NCBI GenBank assembly: GCA_018402525.1
Contig: JAGYIR010000013.1
Span: forward strand, 29,390-93,389
DNA: 64,000 nucleotides
Reading direction: 5' to 3'
DNA from: Crocinitomicaceae bacterium
GTDB taxonomy: Bacteria > Bacteroidota > Bacteroidia > Flavobacteriales_D > Crocinitomicaceae
Part shown: in pieces, positions 37,220-45,690 of the stretch
How positions within the stretch are numbered: position 1 is the first letter of the stretch
How the letters are laid out: each line of letters starts with the position of its first letter
Translations under genes and position numbers: made by a program
Notes under the pieces: generated by a model
Told to the model about the DNA's origin: nothing
The model's database searches: none
Seen by the model: the letters and a program-made list of their open reading frames with translations, nothing else

Positions 37220-40200
37220 ATGTCATTCAACACAGGGCGTTTTATAGTTCTTCTGCTGCTTGTGATTCCCTTTTTCGGAATGACGCAAACCTCCAATATC
37301 CATAAAAAAAAGGTCTACAACTCAGGTAATCCAATTAAACTAGACACGCTAAGTATCTACCCCAACTCCTTCAAGGTGAGTTGCAACGGGCAGGCATTGG
37401 AGCTGGAAGATTACTACCTCAACTATGCGGCTTCGGAGCTTCAAATTTACTCAGAATGCGTTGAATTAGAAGTTGAATACCGCGTTCTCCCTATGGATTT
37501 ATCCAAGGTATATGCTGTGCGCGATACGAGTGTGGTTTACTCTGAAGAAAAGGGTTTTAGAGAACGATTTTTAATCGGAACGCAAAACACCAATGCTGAT
37601 ATTTTTGGAGGAGTGGGACTTAATAAATCTGGAAGTATTTCTCGGGGGATTACGTTTGGAAATAGTCAAGATCTTGGGGTTAATTCCTCACTAAACCTGG
37701 AGCTGTCAGGACAAATAGCACCAAATTTAAAATTATTGGCTTCCGTTTCAGATGATAATCTACCTATTCAGCCTGAAGGAAATACGAACCAATTACGCGA
37801 ATTTGATCAAGTCTTTATCCAAGTGTACAACGATCGATTTAAACTGATCGCTGGAGATTTTTGGTTAGATAAACCGAAAGGCTACTTTATGAAGTACAAA
37901 AAACGGGGACAGGGACTTACGGTGAACTACCAGTGGAATGCCGACACCAACAAGGTGTGGAATACGCAGGTCAGCGGGGCACTCTCCAAGGGGAAGTTTC
38001 AACGTCAAATAATTCCTGGAGTTGAAGGGAATCAAGGTCCGTACCGTTTGCGTGGGGCTGAAAACGAACCGTTTATTATTGTTCTTTCTGGTACAGAAAA
38101 AGTCTTCATTGACGGAAAACTGATGGAACGAGGTCAAGAATTCGACTATGTGATTGACTACAATACTTCTGAAGTAACGTTTACTGCAAGAAATCAAATC
38201 ACAAAAGATTCGAGAATTGTCGTGGAGTTTCAATACTCTGACCAAAATTATGCGCGTTCATTGCTTCAAACATCAACAACGTATTCATCGAAAAAGTTTA
38301 ACTTTTGGTTGAATGCCTATTCCGAGCAAGACGCTAAAAATCAAACTCTGCAACAAGATCTTTCTCCAGCACAGAAAAAAACGCTGTCAAATATTGGCGA
38401 TACGCTTTCTCTAGCGCGAATTTCTAGTATCGACTCTGTCGGTTATTTTGAAAATCAAAACTTGTACCGTTTGACAGACTCGCTCGGCTATGATTCGATC
38501 CTTGTTTATTCTGTCAATTCTGCAGTTGCTAACTTTAGTGCTACTTTCGAGTTTGTGGGTGCTGGAAACGGCGATTACGTCCTAAACAATTACAATGCAT
38601 TGGGAAAAGTCTTTAAATGGGTACCACCTATTGCTGGAGTATCGCAGGGAGATCATCAACCATCACGACTCATCATTACTCCTAAGCAGCGCCAAATGGT
38701 GACGATGGGCATGAACGCTCAACTCACCAAGCATTTATCACTGGAATCAGAGATCTCCTACACCAAAAATGATATCAATACCTTTTCAAAATTTGATGCA
38801 CGCGATGATAGGAGTTTTGGTGGGCGAGCCAAGCTCATTGGTGATTTACCTCTTTCCAAAGATTCCATTCCAAAATGGCGCTTGCAAACTGGATTAGAAG
38901 TGGAAACACGAGATCGGTACTTCACTCCCATTGAAGAATATCGAGCGGTGGAGTTTGATCGTGATTGGAATACGCGCAACCAAGGATTTGAAGGAAATCA
39001 GTTGGCGACAACGTTGAGCACCAATTTCATCCATAAAAACTATGGGAATTTCAATTTAGAAGGGCAACAATTCCTTATTGGAAGCGATTATACTGGTCTC
39101 AGAGGCGCATTTGACGGTCGATGGAATCAGAAAGGATTCGCTGCTGTTTGGGACTTCAGTTATCTATCAAGCGATGCCCTCAATACCAATGAGTTTATAC
39201 GACACCGGACTGATATCTCTCAGAAACTAGGGTGGTTTAGAATTGGCTATAAAGATGATCACGAAATGAATCGTTACCGAAGCGACATTTTGAATACCAA
39301 CAGCTATCAATTTTTTGATTATCAATTTTATATCGCAAACGGTGACACCAGTAAGAATGAGTACAAATTATTCTACCGAGAGCGGTACGATCGTCTTTCT
39401 GATAGCACACGATTAAGAGGTGCTGCCAAAGCGACGTCGGTTGGTGGGGAAGTTCGATTCAACGGCTGGAAAAATCAGAAATTAAACATTGTGGCAAGCT
39501 ACCGTGAACTAAAAATTAGAGATTCTTTGTTAATGACACAAGCCCCTGAAAATACGCTTTTGGGAAGGGTTGAACATGAAATCAATCTGTTCAAAGGAGC
39601 GCTTTCACTGACTACTTTTTATGAAATTGGCTCTGGGCTAGAGCTAAAACGCGAATTTCTCTACATCGAAGTAAATGCAGGACAAGGAATTTACACATGG
39701 ATTGACTACAACAACGATGGAATTAAAGATTTGAATGAATTCGAGGTTGCACAATTCGTGGATCAAGCCAAGTACATTCGTGTGTTCACTCCAAGCGATG
39801 AGTACGTAAAAACGTATTCCAATGAGTACAATCAATCTCTTTATTGGCGACCGGAGCGCATTTGGGCTTCGAAAAAGGGGTTTCTGAAGTTTCTTTCTCG
39901 TTTCTCGGATCAGGCACGTGGAAGGATCAACCGTAAAACAAGTCTATTTGATGGCGCAGAAACATTTAACCCCTTCGCAACTGTAATTAATGATCCTAGC
40001 TTGATTTCGACCACGTCCAACCTGCGAAATACACTTTTCTTTAATCGAACTTCCAGTATTTTTGGTGCCGATTACAGTTATCAAAACGTTCGAAGTAAAT
40101 CGTTGTTAGCAAGTGGGTTTGATTCACGTGCAGATGAATTCAACCAAATTTCTTTGCGTTGGAACATTTTGCGGAAATTCACCATCAAAACATCAGGGAA

Positions 40201-40657
40201 AGTTGGAAACAAAGAATCTAAAGCAGATTACACCTCAGGAAGAGATTTTGAATTGAGTTATTACTTCATCGAACCAAGTTTCATCTATCAACCCAACACC
40301 AAGTTCAGAGTCACCCTAGATGGAAGAATATCTGAAAAAACCAACGCTGAAATATTCGGAGGAGAAGTCGCAAAAGTAGCTGAAATTGGTTCAACGTTTA
40401 AATTCAATCAAGCGGAAAAAGGAAGTTTGCAGGGTGGAATAAAAATGCTTCAAATTGCGTATACCGGAATTCAAAACTCGACACTTGGCTTCGAAATGCT
40501 AGAGGGACTGCGGCCTGGAATTAACTACACGTGGAATTTGGGGTATCAACGCTCTATTTCGAAGAATCTGCAACTTTCCATACAGTACAACGGAAGAAAG
40601 TCAGAGGACAGTAAATTTATCCATGCGGGTGGAATGGAAGTCCGTGCATTTTTCTAA
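37220..40657 (+). CDS. Large predicted outer-membrane beta-barrel protein with SprA-like N-terminal motifs; function unknown
   Basis: Signal peptide MSFNTGRFIVLLLLVIPFFGMTQ, beta-rich sequence, C-terminal ...GMEVRAFF. Short motifs are collinear with SprA (see findings). ATG at 37220; a GTG lies at 37214. Confidence 0.7.
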   Translation: MSFNTGRFIVLLLLVIPFFGMTQTSNIHKKKVYNSGNPIKLDTLSIYPNSFKVSCNGQALELEDYYLNYAASELQIYSECVELEVEYRVLPMDLSKVYAVRDTSVVYSEEKGFRERFLIGTQNTNADIFGGVGLNKSGSISRGITFGNSQDLGVNSSLNLELSGQIAPNLKLLASVSDDNLPIQPEGNTNQLREFDQVFIQVYNDRFKLIAGDFWLDKPKGYFMKYKKRGQGLTVNYQWNADTNKVWNTQVSGALSKGKFQRQIIPGVEGNQGPYRLRGAENEPFIIVLSGTEKVFIDGKLMERGQEFDYVIDYNTSEVTFTARNQITKDSRIVVEFQYSDQNYARSLLQTSTTYSSKKFNFWLNAYSEQDAKNQTLQQDLSPAQKKTLSNIGDTLSLARISSIDSVGYFENQNLYRLTDSLGYDSILVYSVNSAVANFSATFEFVGAGNGDYVLNNYNALGKVFKWVPPIAGVSQGDHQPSRLIITPKQRQMVTMGMNAQLTKHLSLESEISYTKNDINTFSKFDARDDRSFGGRAKLIGDLPLSKDSIPKWRLQTGLEVETRDRYFTPIEEYRAVEFDRDWNTRNQGFEGNQLATTLSTNFIHKNYGNFNLEGQQFLIGSDYTGLRGAFDGRWNQKGFAAVWDFSYLSSDALNTNEFIRHRTDISQKLGWFRIGYKDDHEMNRYRSDILNTNSYQFFDYQFYIANGDTSKNEYKLFYRERYDRLSDSTRLRGAAKATSVGGEVRFNGWKNQKLNIVASYRELKIRDSLLMTQAPENTLLGRVEHEINLFKGALSLTTFYEIGSGLELKREFLYIEVNAGQGIYTWIDYNNDGIKDLNEFEVAQFVDQAKYIRVFTPSDEYVKTYSNEYNQSLYWRPERIWASKKGFLKFLSRFSDQARGRINRKTSLFDGAETFNPFATVINDPSLISTTSNLRNTLFFNRTSSIFGADYSYQNVRSKSLLASGFDSRADEFNQISLRWNILRKFTIKTSGKVGNKESKADYTSGRDFELSYYFIEPSFIYQPNTKFRVTLDGRISEKTNAEIFGGEVAKVAEIGSTFKFNQAEKGSLQGGIKMLQIAYTGIQNSTLGFEMLEGLRPGINYTWNLGYQRSISKNLQLSIQYNGRKSEDSKFIHAGGMEVRAFF

Positions 40658-40664
40658 TTTGAAC

Positions 40665-41975
40665 CTACTTCTTTCGGAAAAATATTTTGATCGGAACACC
40701 GGTAAAGTGGAATTCTTCCCTAAGTCGATTCTCCAAAAATCGCTTGTAACTGTCTGGAATGTACTGTGGCAGATTACAGAAAAATGCGAATGCGGGAGAA
40801 TGCGTCGGCAACTGTTGCACGTACTTGATCTTAATGTATTTGCCTTTCGTAGAAGGCGGTGGTGTTCCTTCAATAATCGGCAACATCACCTCATTGATTT
40901 CAGAAGTTGGAATTTTACGGATACGATTTTCGTACACTTCCATCGCAGATTCGAGCGCTTTGTGAATACGTTGTTTTGTCACCGTAGAAGTAAAAATAAT
41001 TGGTACATCGTTGAATGGCGCCAGTTGTTCTCGAATTTTTTCTTCGTATGCGAGCATTGTTTTGTGATCCTTCTCGACTAAATCCCATTTGTTCACCAAA
41101 ACAACAACTCCTTTTGAATTTTTCTCGATGATGTAAAAAATATTCAGGTCTTGCTTTTGAATTCCCTCTTCGGCATCAATCATGAAAATACACACATCCG
41201 AATTCTCAATCGCGCGAACAGATCTTAAAACTGAGTAATACTCAATATCCTCCGTCACTTTTGCCTTTTTTCGAATTCCCGCTGTATCAATCAGCATAAA
41301 GTCGAAACCATAGGCATTATAACGTGTGTTGATTGTGTCTCTCGTCGTTCCAGATATATTGGTGACAATGTTTCGTTCTTGTCCTGTCAACGCGTTCACC
41401 AACGACGATTTCCCGACGTTTGGCTTTCCAATAACGGCAATATGAGGTAAGTCATCGCCCACACGAACAGATGAATCTTCTGCGTCAAATTCTTTAACAA
41501 TCTCATCGAGTAATTCCCCTGTTCCACTTCCGTTTGCTGCGGAGAGATCAAATACTTCCCCCAATCCAAGCGACCAAAATTCAGCCGACAAACCAAATCG
41601 TTGGGTATTATCTACCTTGTTGGCAACAATGAAAACTTTTTTCTTCGCCTTTCTCAACAGTTGTGCGACCACCTCATCCAAATCAACAATTCCAGTTGTC
41701 ACATCTAGCATAAAAACGATCACGTGCGCTTCATCAATCGCAATCTCCACTTGTTTACGAATTTCTTCTTCAAAAATATCGTCTGAACCCTTTACGTATC
41801 CACCAGTATCAATCACCGAAAAATCGACACCGTTCCACTCTCCACGACCGTAGATTCTATCGCGCGTAACACCACTCACCTCTTTGACGATTGCTGTTTG
41901 CGATTCAGTTAAACGATTAAAAAGGGTTGATTTCCCTACGTTGGGACGTCCAACTATTGCGATTATGTTGCTCAT
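40665..41975 (-). CDS. der: Ribosome-associated GTPase Der/EngA
   Basis: Two tandem G domains (GRPNVGKST and GKPNVGKSS) and a KH-like C-terminus. Confidence 0.95.
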   Translation of the reverse strand: MSNIIAIVGRPNVGKSTLFNRLTESQTAIVKEVSGVTRDRIYGRGEWNGVDFSVIDTGGYVKGSDDIFEEEIRKQVEIAIDEAHVIVFMLDVTTGIVDLDEVVAQLLRKAKKKVFIVANKVDNTQRFGLSAEFWSLGLGEVFDLSAANGSGTGELLDEIVKEFDAEDSSVRVGDDLPHIAVIGKPNVGKSSLVNALTGQERNIVTNISGTTRDTINTRYNAYGFDFMLIDTAGIRKKAKVTEDIEYYSVLRSVRAIENSDVCIFMIDAEEGIQKQDLNIFYIIEKNSKGVVVLVNKWDLVEKDHKTMLAYEEKIREQLAPFNDVPIIFTSTVTKQRIHKALESAMEVYENRIRKIPTSEINEVMLPIIEGTPPPSTKGKYIKIKYVQQLPTHSPAFAFFCNLPQYIPDSYKRFLENRLREEFHFTGVPIKIFFRKK

Positions 41976-42071
41976 ACTATAAGTTCAAAGTTTATCTCGA
42001 CAGGCTCGATAACCAAGTTCGGTCATCGAGTTTGTCGAGATGCCGAAGAATGAATTCTTCAATTCGTAATT

Positions 42072-42947
42072 CTAATACCCGTATTTCTTCAATTTTTGTG
42101 CAGATCCTCTCCAGTCCTTGTCGACTTTCACAAAGCTCTCCAAAAACACTTTTTTATCTATAAATTTTTCCATTTCAATGCGGGATTCTCTTCCGATGCG
42201 TTTCAACATTTCACCTCCTTTTCCAATGATAATTCCTTTTTGAGAATCACGCTCGACAATAATGATGGCACGAATGCGCACAAGATCATCCTCTTCGAGG
42301 TATTCTTCAATCTCCACTTGGCATGAATAAGGAATCTCTTTTTTACAATGAATAAAGATCTTTTCACGAATCATTTCTGAGATAAAAAAACGCATAGGCC
42401 GATCTGAGATAGCGTCTTTGTCAAAATAAGGTGGACTCTCTGGAATATTCTTTAAAATTTCTTCCCAAACACCATCGATGTTAAAACCGTGTAATGCTGA
42501 AATTGGAAAAACATTTGCATTAGGTAGGCGCGATTGCCAATAATCCAGTTTTTCTTTCACTGCTTCTTGGTCAGAAAGATCCATTTTATTGATCAAACAC
42601 AAGACAGGCACTTTTAAGCGTTGAATGCGCTCCAAAGTCTCCTTGTGATTCATTTCCGTTTCCTTGATGTCAGTAATGAAAAGCAAAACATCTGCATCTG
42701 ATATAGACGCATTGACGTATTCCATCATATTCTCATGCAATTTGTACGATGCATTCACAACTCCGGGAGTATCTGAAAATACGATTTGATGGTCGTCATC
42801 GTTAACAATTCCAAGGATTCTGTGACGTGTTGTTTGTGCTTTTGATGTAACAATCGACAGTTTTTCTCCTACCAAACGATTCATCAACGTTGATTTACCA
42901 ACATTTGGACTTCCAACAATATTCACAAAACCTGATTTATGCGCCAT
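42072..42947 (-). CDS. era: GTPase Era
   Basis: [14 protein letters not shown] and NKMD motifs plus a KH domain (GKGGEMLKRIG). Confidence 0.95.
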   Translation of the reverse strand: MAHKSGFVNIVGSPNVGKSTLMNRLVGEKLSIVTSKAQTTRHRILGIVNDDDHQIVFSDTPGVVNASYKLHENMMEYVNASISDADVLLFITDIKETEMNHKETLERIQRLKVPVLCLINKMDLSDQEAVKEKLDYWQSRLPNANVFPISALHGFNIDGVWEEILKNIPESPPYFDKDAISDRPMRFFISEMIREKIFIHCKKEIPYSCQVEIEEYLEEDDLVRIRAIIIVERDSQKGIIIGKGGEMLKRIGRESRIEMEKFIDKKVFLESFVKVDKDWRGSAQKLKKYGY

Positions 42948-43023
42948 TTCTACAAATTAGAACTGCAAAGTAACGGAATTTTAATTGATTAGAAAGGAAT
43001 CTGAGAGGCTAAAAGCAATAATA

Positions 43024-43064
43024 ATGATTCCCAGATTCATCTTAAAAGTGAAACTGGGAATCAT
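43024..43064 (-). terminator. Hairpin downstream of the 341-aa secreted-protein gene
   Basis: Perfect 11-bp stem ATGATTCCCAG/CTGGGAATCAT with a 19-nt loop. T-rich on the minus strand after the stem. Confidence 0.5.
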
Positions 43065-43071
43065 TCAAGTA

Positions 43072-44097
43072 TTATGGTCTTCTCTGTGGAGTTGTCCTTG
43101 TCGGAGTGCTACGCGGAGGTGAACTTGGTCGCACTTGCGGACTTCGATTCTGCGAAGGCTTTGGAGTATACTGCGGTGTTCGATTTGGCGACGTGCGTGT
43201 GTCCATACGCGGCGTCGGGTTAGGGTTATTCATCGTTGGATTCGTTCTTGGAGTATGCGTTGGCGCAGTGCTCTCTGGACGTTCCATAATACGTTCATTC
43301 GAAACTGGTTTTTGATTAGGAGTGCCTTCATGTTTTACTGGCTTACCAGTGTTCATCGGCACAGAACCTACCTTCGCCGCTTGTTTGTTTCTAGGCAAAC
43401 TACTTTGAGCTGCTATGTGCTTTTGACTTTGGTAATACGTTTTTGAATAATTCTTGTTCTTGTAATAAAATGTATGCGCATGGTAAGATCGGTAAAATCC
43501 ACATGGTCGGTAGTATCCGTAGAAAGGATGCACATATCCGTAGTACATGTCCCATGGGTATGGTCGCCAAGGGTTGTGCCAGTGAGGATAAAATCCGTAG
43601 TGCCAAGGAGAAACCCAGATTACATACTGTGGACCATACATGTATTGTACGGTAGGCCAGTGATTAACATTCGCAGCCGTTCTGTCTGACTCTGTTCTCG
43701 GCTCAATAATGTAATCGCGACCGTAAAGTGCTTCGTCACCAACTATCTGAACTACGGTATTATTGTCATCCGGTTTGTCCAAATGAATTACCGCAACATC
43801 TTGGATATCGTCTGCACTAAAGGCTACTTGCAACGTCACTAAATGAATCGTTCCACTTGAGTAATTTACAACGCGGATGTAATCGACAAATCCATCATCG
43901 TTTAAATCGAGGTTGTTCACTTTTGATTTTTCCGAATTCAACTCGCGTTCGAAATCTTCGAGATTCTTCGATTTTTTAAATAATTCTAATACCGCATTTA
44001 AATCCAAGTTAGCGCCAGGCAATCTAGTATTTGCCGCGACAGAAAAACTGGAGAGTGAGAATGCGATAAGTCCGAGAAATAAGATAAATGCTTTCAT
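43072..44097 (-). CDS. Hypothetical secreted protein: EF-hand-like loop, aromatic/His-rich core, Pro/Thr/Arg-rich tail
   Basis: Signal peptide MKAFILFLGLIAFSLSSFSVAA, a DLNDDGFVDY loop, a WHYGFYPHWHNPWRPYPWDMYYGYVHPFYGYY segment and a disordered PT/R-rich C-terminus. Confidence 0.6.
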   Translation of the reverse strand: MKAFILFLGLIAFSLSSFSVAANTRLPGANLDLNAVLELFKKSKNLEDFERELNSEKSKVNNLDLNDDGFVDYIRVVNYSSGTIHLVTLQVAFSADDIQDVAVIHLDKPDDNNTVVQIVGDEALYGRDYIIEPRTESDRTAANVNHWPTVQYMYGPQYVIWVSPWHYGFYPHWHNPWRPYPWDMYYGYVHPFYGYYRPCGFYRSYHAHTFYYKNKNYSKTYYQSQKHIAAQSSLPRNKQAAKVGSVPMNTGKPVKHEGTPNQKPVSNERIMERPESTAPTHTPRTNPTMNNPNPTPRMDTRTSPNRTPQYTPKPSQNRSPQVRPSSPPRSTPTRTTPQRRP

Positions 44098-44312
44098 GAC
44101 GTTTGATTTTTACTTTTCTTATATGTTTTGACCGATAAAACCTTTATTGGTGTAATCGAAAATTTCAATTTCTGTGCCAGTCTTATACAAAATTACGTTT
44201 TTTAACTCTTTTTGTCTTTTGTAAGAAACACATAAATATAACGAATTTTTTAGCGTTAACGTGTGGGGTGGCGCTAGAAAATTGCTAAAGAACGTTAAAT
44301 GAAAATGATGTG

Positions 44313-44518
44313 GGATTACTCCGTGATCCCCTAAAGGGGGTGTTCAAGACCAAAAGTCCTTTTCATCGCTGAAGCGCTGAAGACTTTTTCATTTCATAGC
44401 CCAGCTCAAGACGGGGTCTTTATGATTTGAAGAATATTAGGATTACTCCGTGATCCCCAAAGGGGGATGTTCAAGACCAAAAGTCCTTTTCATCGCTGAA
44501 GCGCTGAAGACTTTTTCA
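44313..44518. repeat. Two copies of a 79-bp structured element (127-bp spacing)
   Basis: 44313-44391 and 44440-44518 are nearly identical: GGATTACTCCGTGATCCCC..AAAGGGGG..TGTTCAAGACCAAAAGTCCTTTTCATCGCTGAAGCGCTGAAGACTTTTTCA. Confidence 0.85.
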
Positions 44519-44547
44519 ACTGACGTTGAAAATGGACTTTTGGTCTT

Positions 44548-44809
44548 GCGGAGAGAGGGGGATTATTCCGCTGCGCTCCATGCTTTCGTCGTGCCTCCTC
44601 AGGTCGAACCCTGGGTTCTCATCTCACCTCTCTAAACCTAAAAAGTCCAACCTTTCGGTTGGACTTTTCGCGGAGAGAGGGGGATTATTCCGCTGCGCTC
44701 CATGCTTTCGTCGTGCCTCCTCAGGTCGAACCCTGGGTTCTCATCTCACCTCTCTAAACCTAAAAAGTCCAACCTTTCGGTTGGACTTTTCGCGGAGAGA
44801 GGGGGATTC
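44548..44809. repeat. 122-bp perfect tandem repeat x2, plus a partial third copy that forms the 3-prime end of tRNA-Ser
   Basis: 44548-44669 is identical to 44670-44791. The next 18 nt (44792-44809) repeat again and run into the tRNA gene. Confidence 0.9.
44762..44790 (-). terminator. tRNA-Ser terminator hairpin (identical copy at 44640-44668)
   Basis: AAAAAGTCCAACC-TTTC-GGTTGGACTTTT. On the minus strand the stem is followed by TTTTT. Confidence 0.7.
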
Positions 44810-44877
44810 GAACCCCCGTTACGTTTCCGTAAACACGCTTTCCAAGCGTGCGCGTTCAGCCACTCTGCCACCTCTCC
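44793..44877 (-). tRNA. tRNA-Ser (anticodon GGA), type II with long variable arm
   Basis: Folded by hand. Acceptor GGAGAGG/TCTCTCC+G, anticodon stem CACGC/GCGTG with loop TTGGAAA, variable arm TTACG-GAAA-CGTAA, T arm GGGGG-TTCGAAT-CCCCC. CCA is not encoded; 85 nt. Confidence 0.9.
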
Positions 44878-44903
44878 ATTCCTTAACTATTTTAAGGTGG
44901 CCA

Positions 44904-44911
44904 CAAATCTA
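44904..44911 (-). promoter_or_regulatory. Candidate Bacteroidota -7 promoter element (TAGATTTG) upstream of tRNA-Ser
   Basis: Matches TAnnTTTG about 27 nt upstream of the mature tRNA 5-prime end. No convincing -33 TTG at standard spacing. Confidence 0.3.
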
Positions 44912-45048
44912 CGAATTCAAATGAGATTGCGAATGGAATGGTAAAATCTTTTTAAAATGCACGAATTGACATTCAAAATCCGTCGTTTAGCGTATTTTAA
45001 AAGTCACCTTAAAATGCAATCTTTGTATTGTAAAATTAATTTAAAAAG

Positions 45049-45690
45049 ATGATCAAAATATTAATCGCAGAAGACATATCTAAACTTGCATTGGCTCTTA
45101 AGGAAAAGATTGAATTTGGAGTAGAATTTAAAGTCACGGATATTTCTTCCAACGGAAAAGAATTAATAGATCGCTTGGAAAAAAATCATGCAGTAGACAT
45201 TGTAATTATGGACATAAATATGCCTGTGATGAATGGCATTGAAGCAACTGAAATAATTGCCAATCGTTGGCCACACATCAAAGTAATCATGAGTACTGTT
45301 TTTGATGATGAACAAAATATTTTTGATGCAATTATGGCTGGAGCAAGTGGTTATATGCTAAAGGATGAGCCCCCAGCGAAGGTGCACCGATCAATTTACG
45401 AAGCGCTGGAAGGAGGTGCTCCGATGAGTCCTATGATTGCTAAAAAAGCATTATCTTTGCTTCGCAATGGCGTTCCAAAGCAAGAAATCACTGAAGACTA
45501 CGAGCTGACGAAACGTGAATTAGAAATACTCGAACAAGTAGCAAAAGGTTTAAGTTACGATCAAATATCCGTTAATTTGTTCATAAGTTATGGCACCGCT
45601 AGAAAACATGTGGAGAACATTTACAAAAAAATGAAAGTTCACAACAAAATTGAAGCAATTGAAAAAGCAAAAAAAGGTGGGATACTTTGA
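45049..45690 (+). CDS. NarL/LuxR-family response regulator
   Basis: REC domain plus a LuxR HTH (LTKRELEILEQVAKGLSYDQISVNLFISYGTARKHVENIYKKM). Confidence 0.92.
   Translation: MIKILIAEDISKLALALKEKIEFGVEFKVTDISSNGKELIDRLEKNHAVDIVIMDINMPVMNGIEATEIIANRWPHIKVIMSTVFDDEQNIFDAIMAGASGYMLKDEPPAKVHRSIYEALEGGAPMSPMIAKKALSLLRNGVPKQEITEDYELTKRELEILEQVAKGLSYDQISVNLFISYGTARKHVENIYKKMKVHNKIEAIEKAKKGGIL

Noticed and set aside
41995-42040. 16-bp interrupted hairpin (TCTCGACAGGCTCGAT...ATCGAGTTTGTCGAGA) between era and der
   Set aside because: On the coding (minus) strand RNA the two central pairs become A-C mismatches, and no U-run follows. It is probably a weak intercistronic structure and is not worth a separate claim.
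44300-44810. Possible CRISPR array, given regularly spaced repeats near a tRNA
   Set aside because: The units are 79 bp and 122 bp, and they are contiguous or identical in full. There are no short repeats separated by unique spacers, and no cas genes are in the window.
43072-44877. Integrated mobile element at the tRNA-Ser 3-prime end, suggested by the duplicated tRNA 3-prime segment acting as att sites
   Set aside because: There is no integrase, excisionase or cargo. The duplicated segments are only 122 bp apart, and the flanks are core genes (era, der). At most this is a scar; the repeats are reported as a finding.
44526-44944. ORFs 44526-44924 and 44702-44944 (+) in the ORF track
   Set aside because: They read straight through the tandem repeats and the antisense of tRNA-Ser. 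The repetitive translated sequence is an artefact of the DNA repeats.
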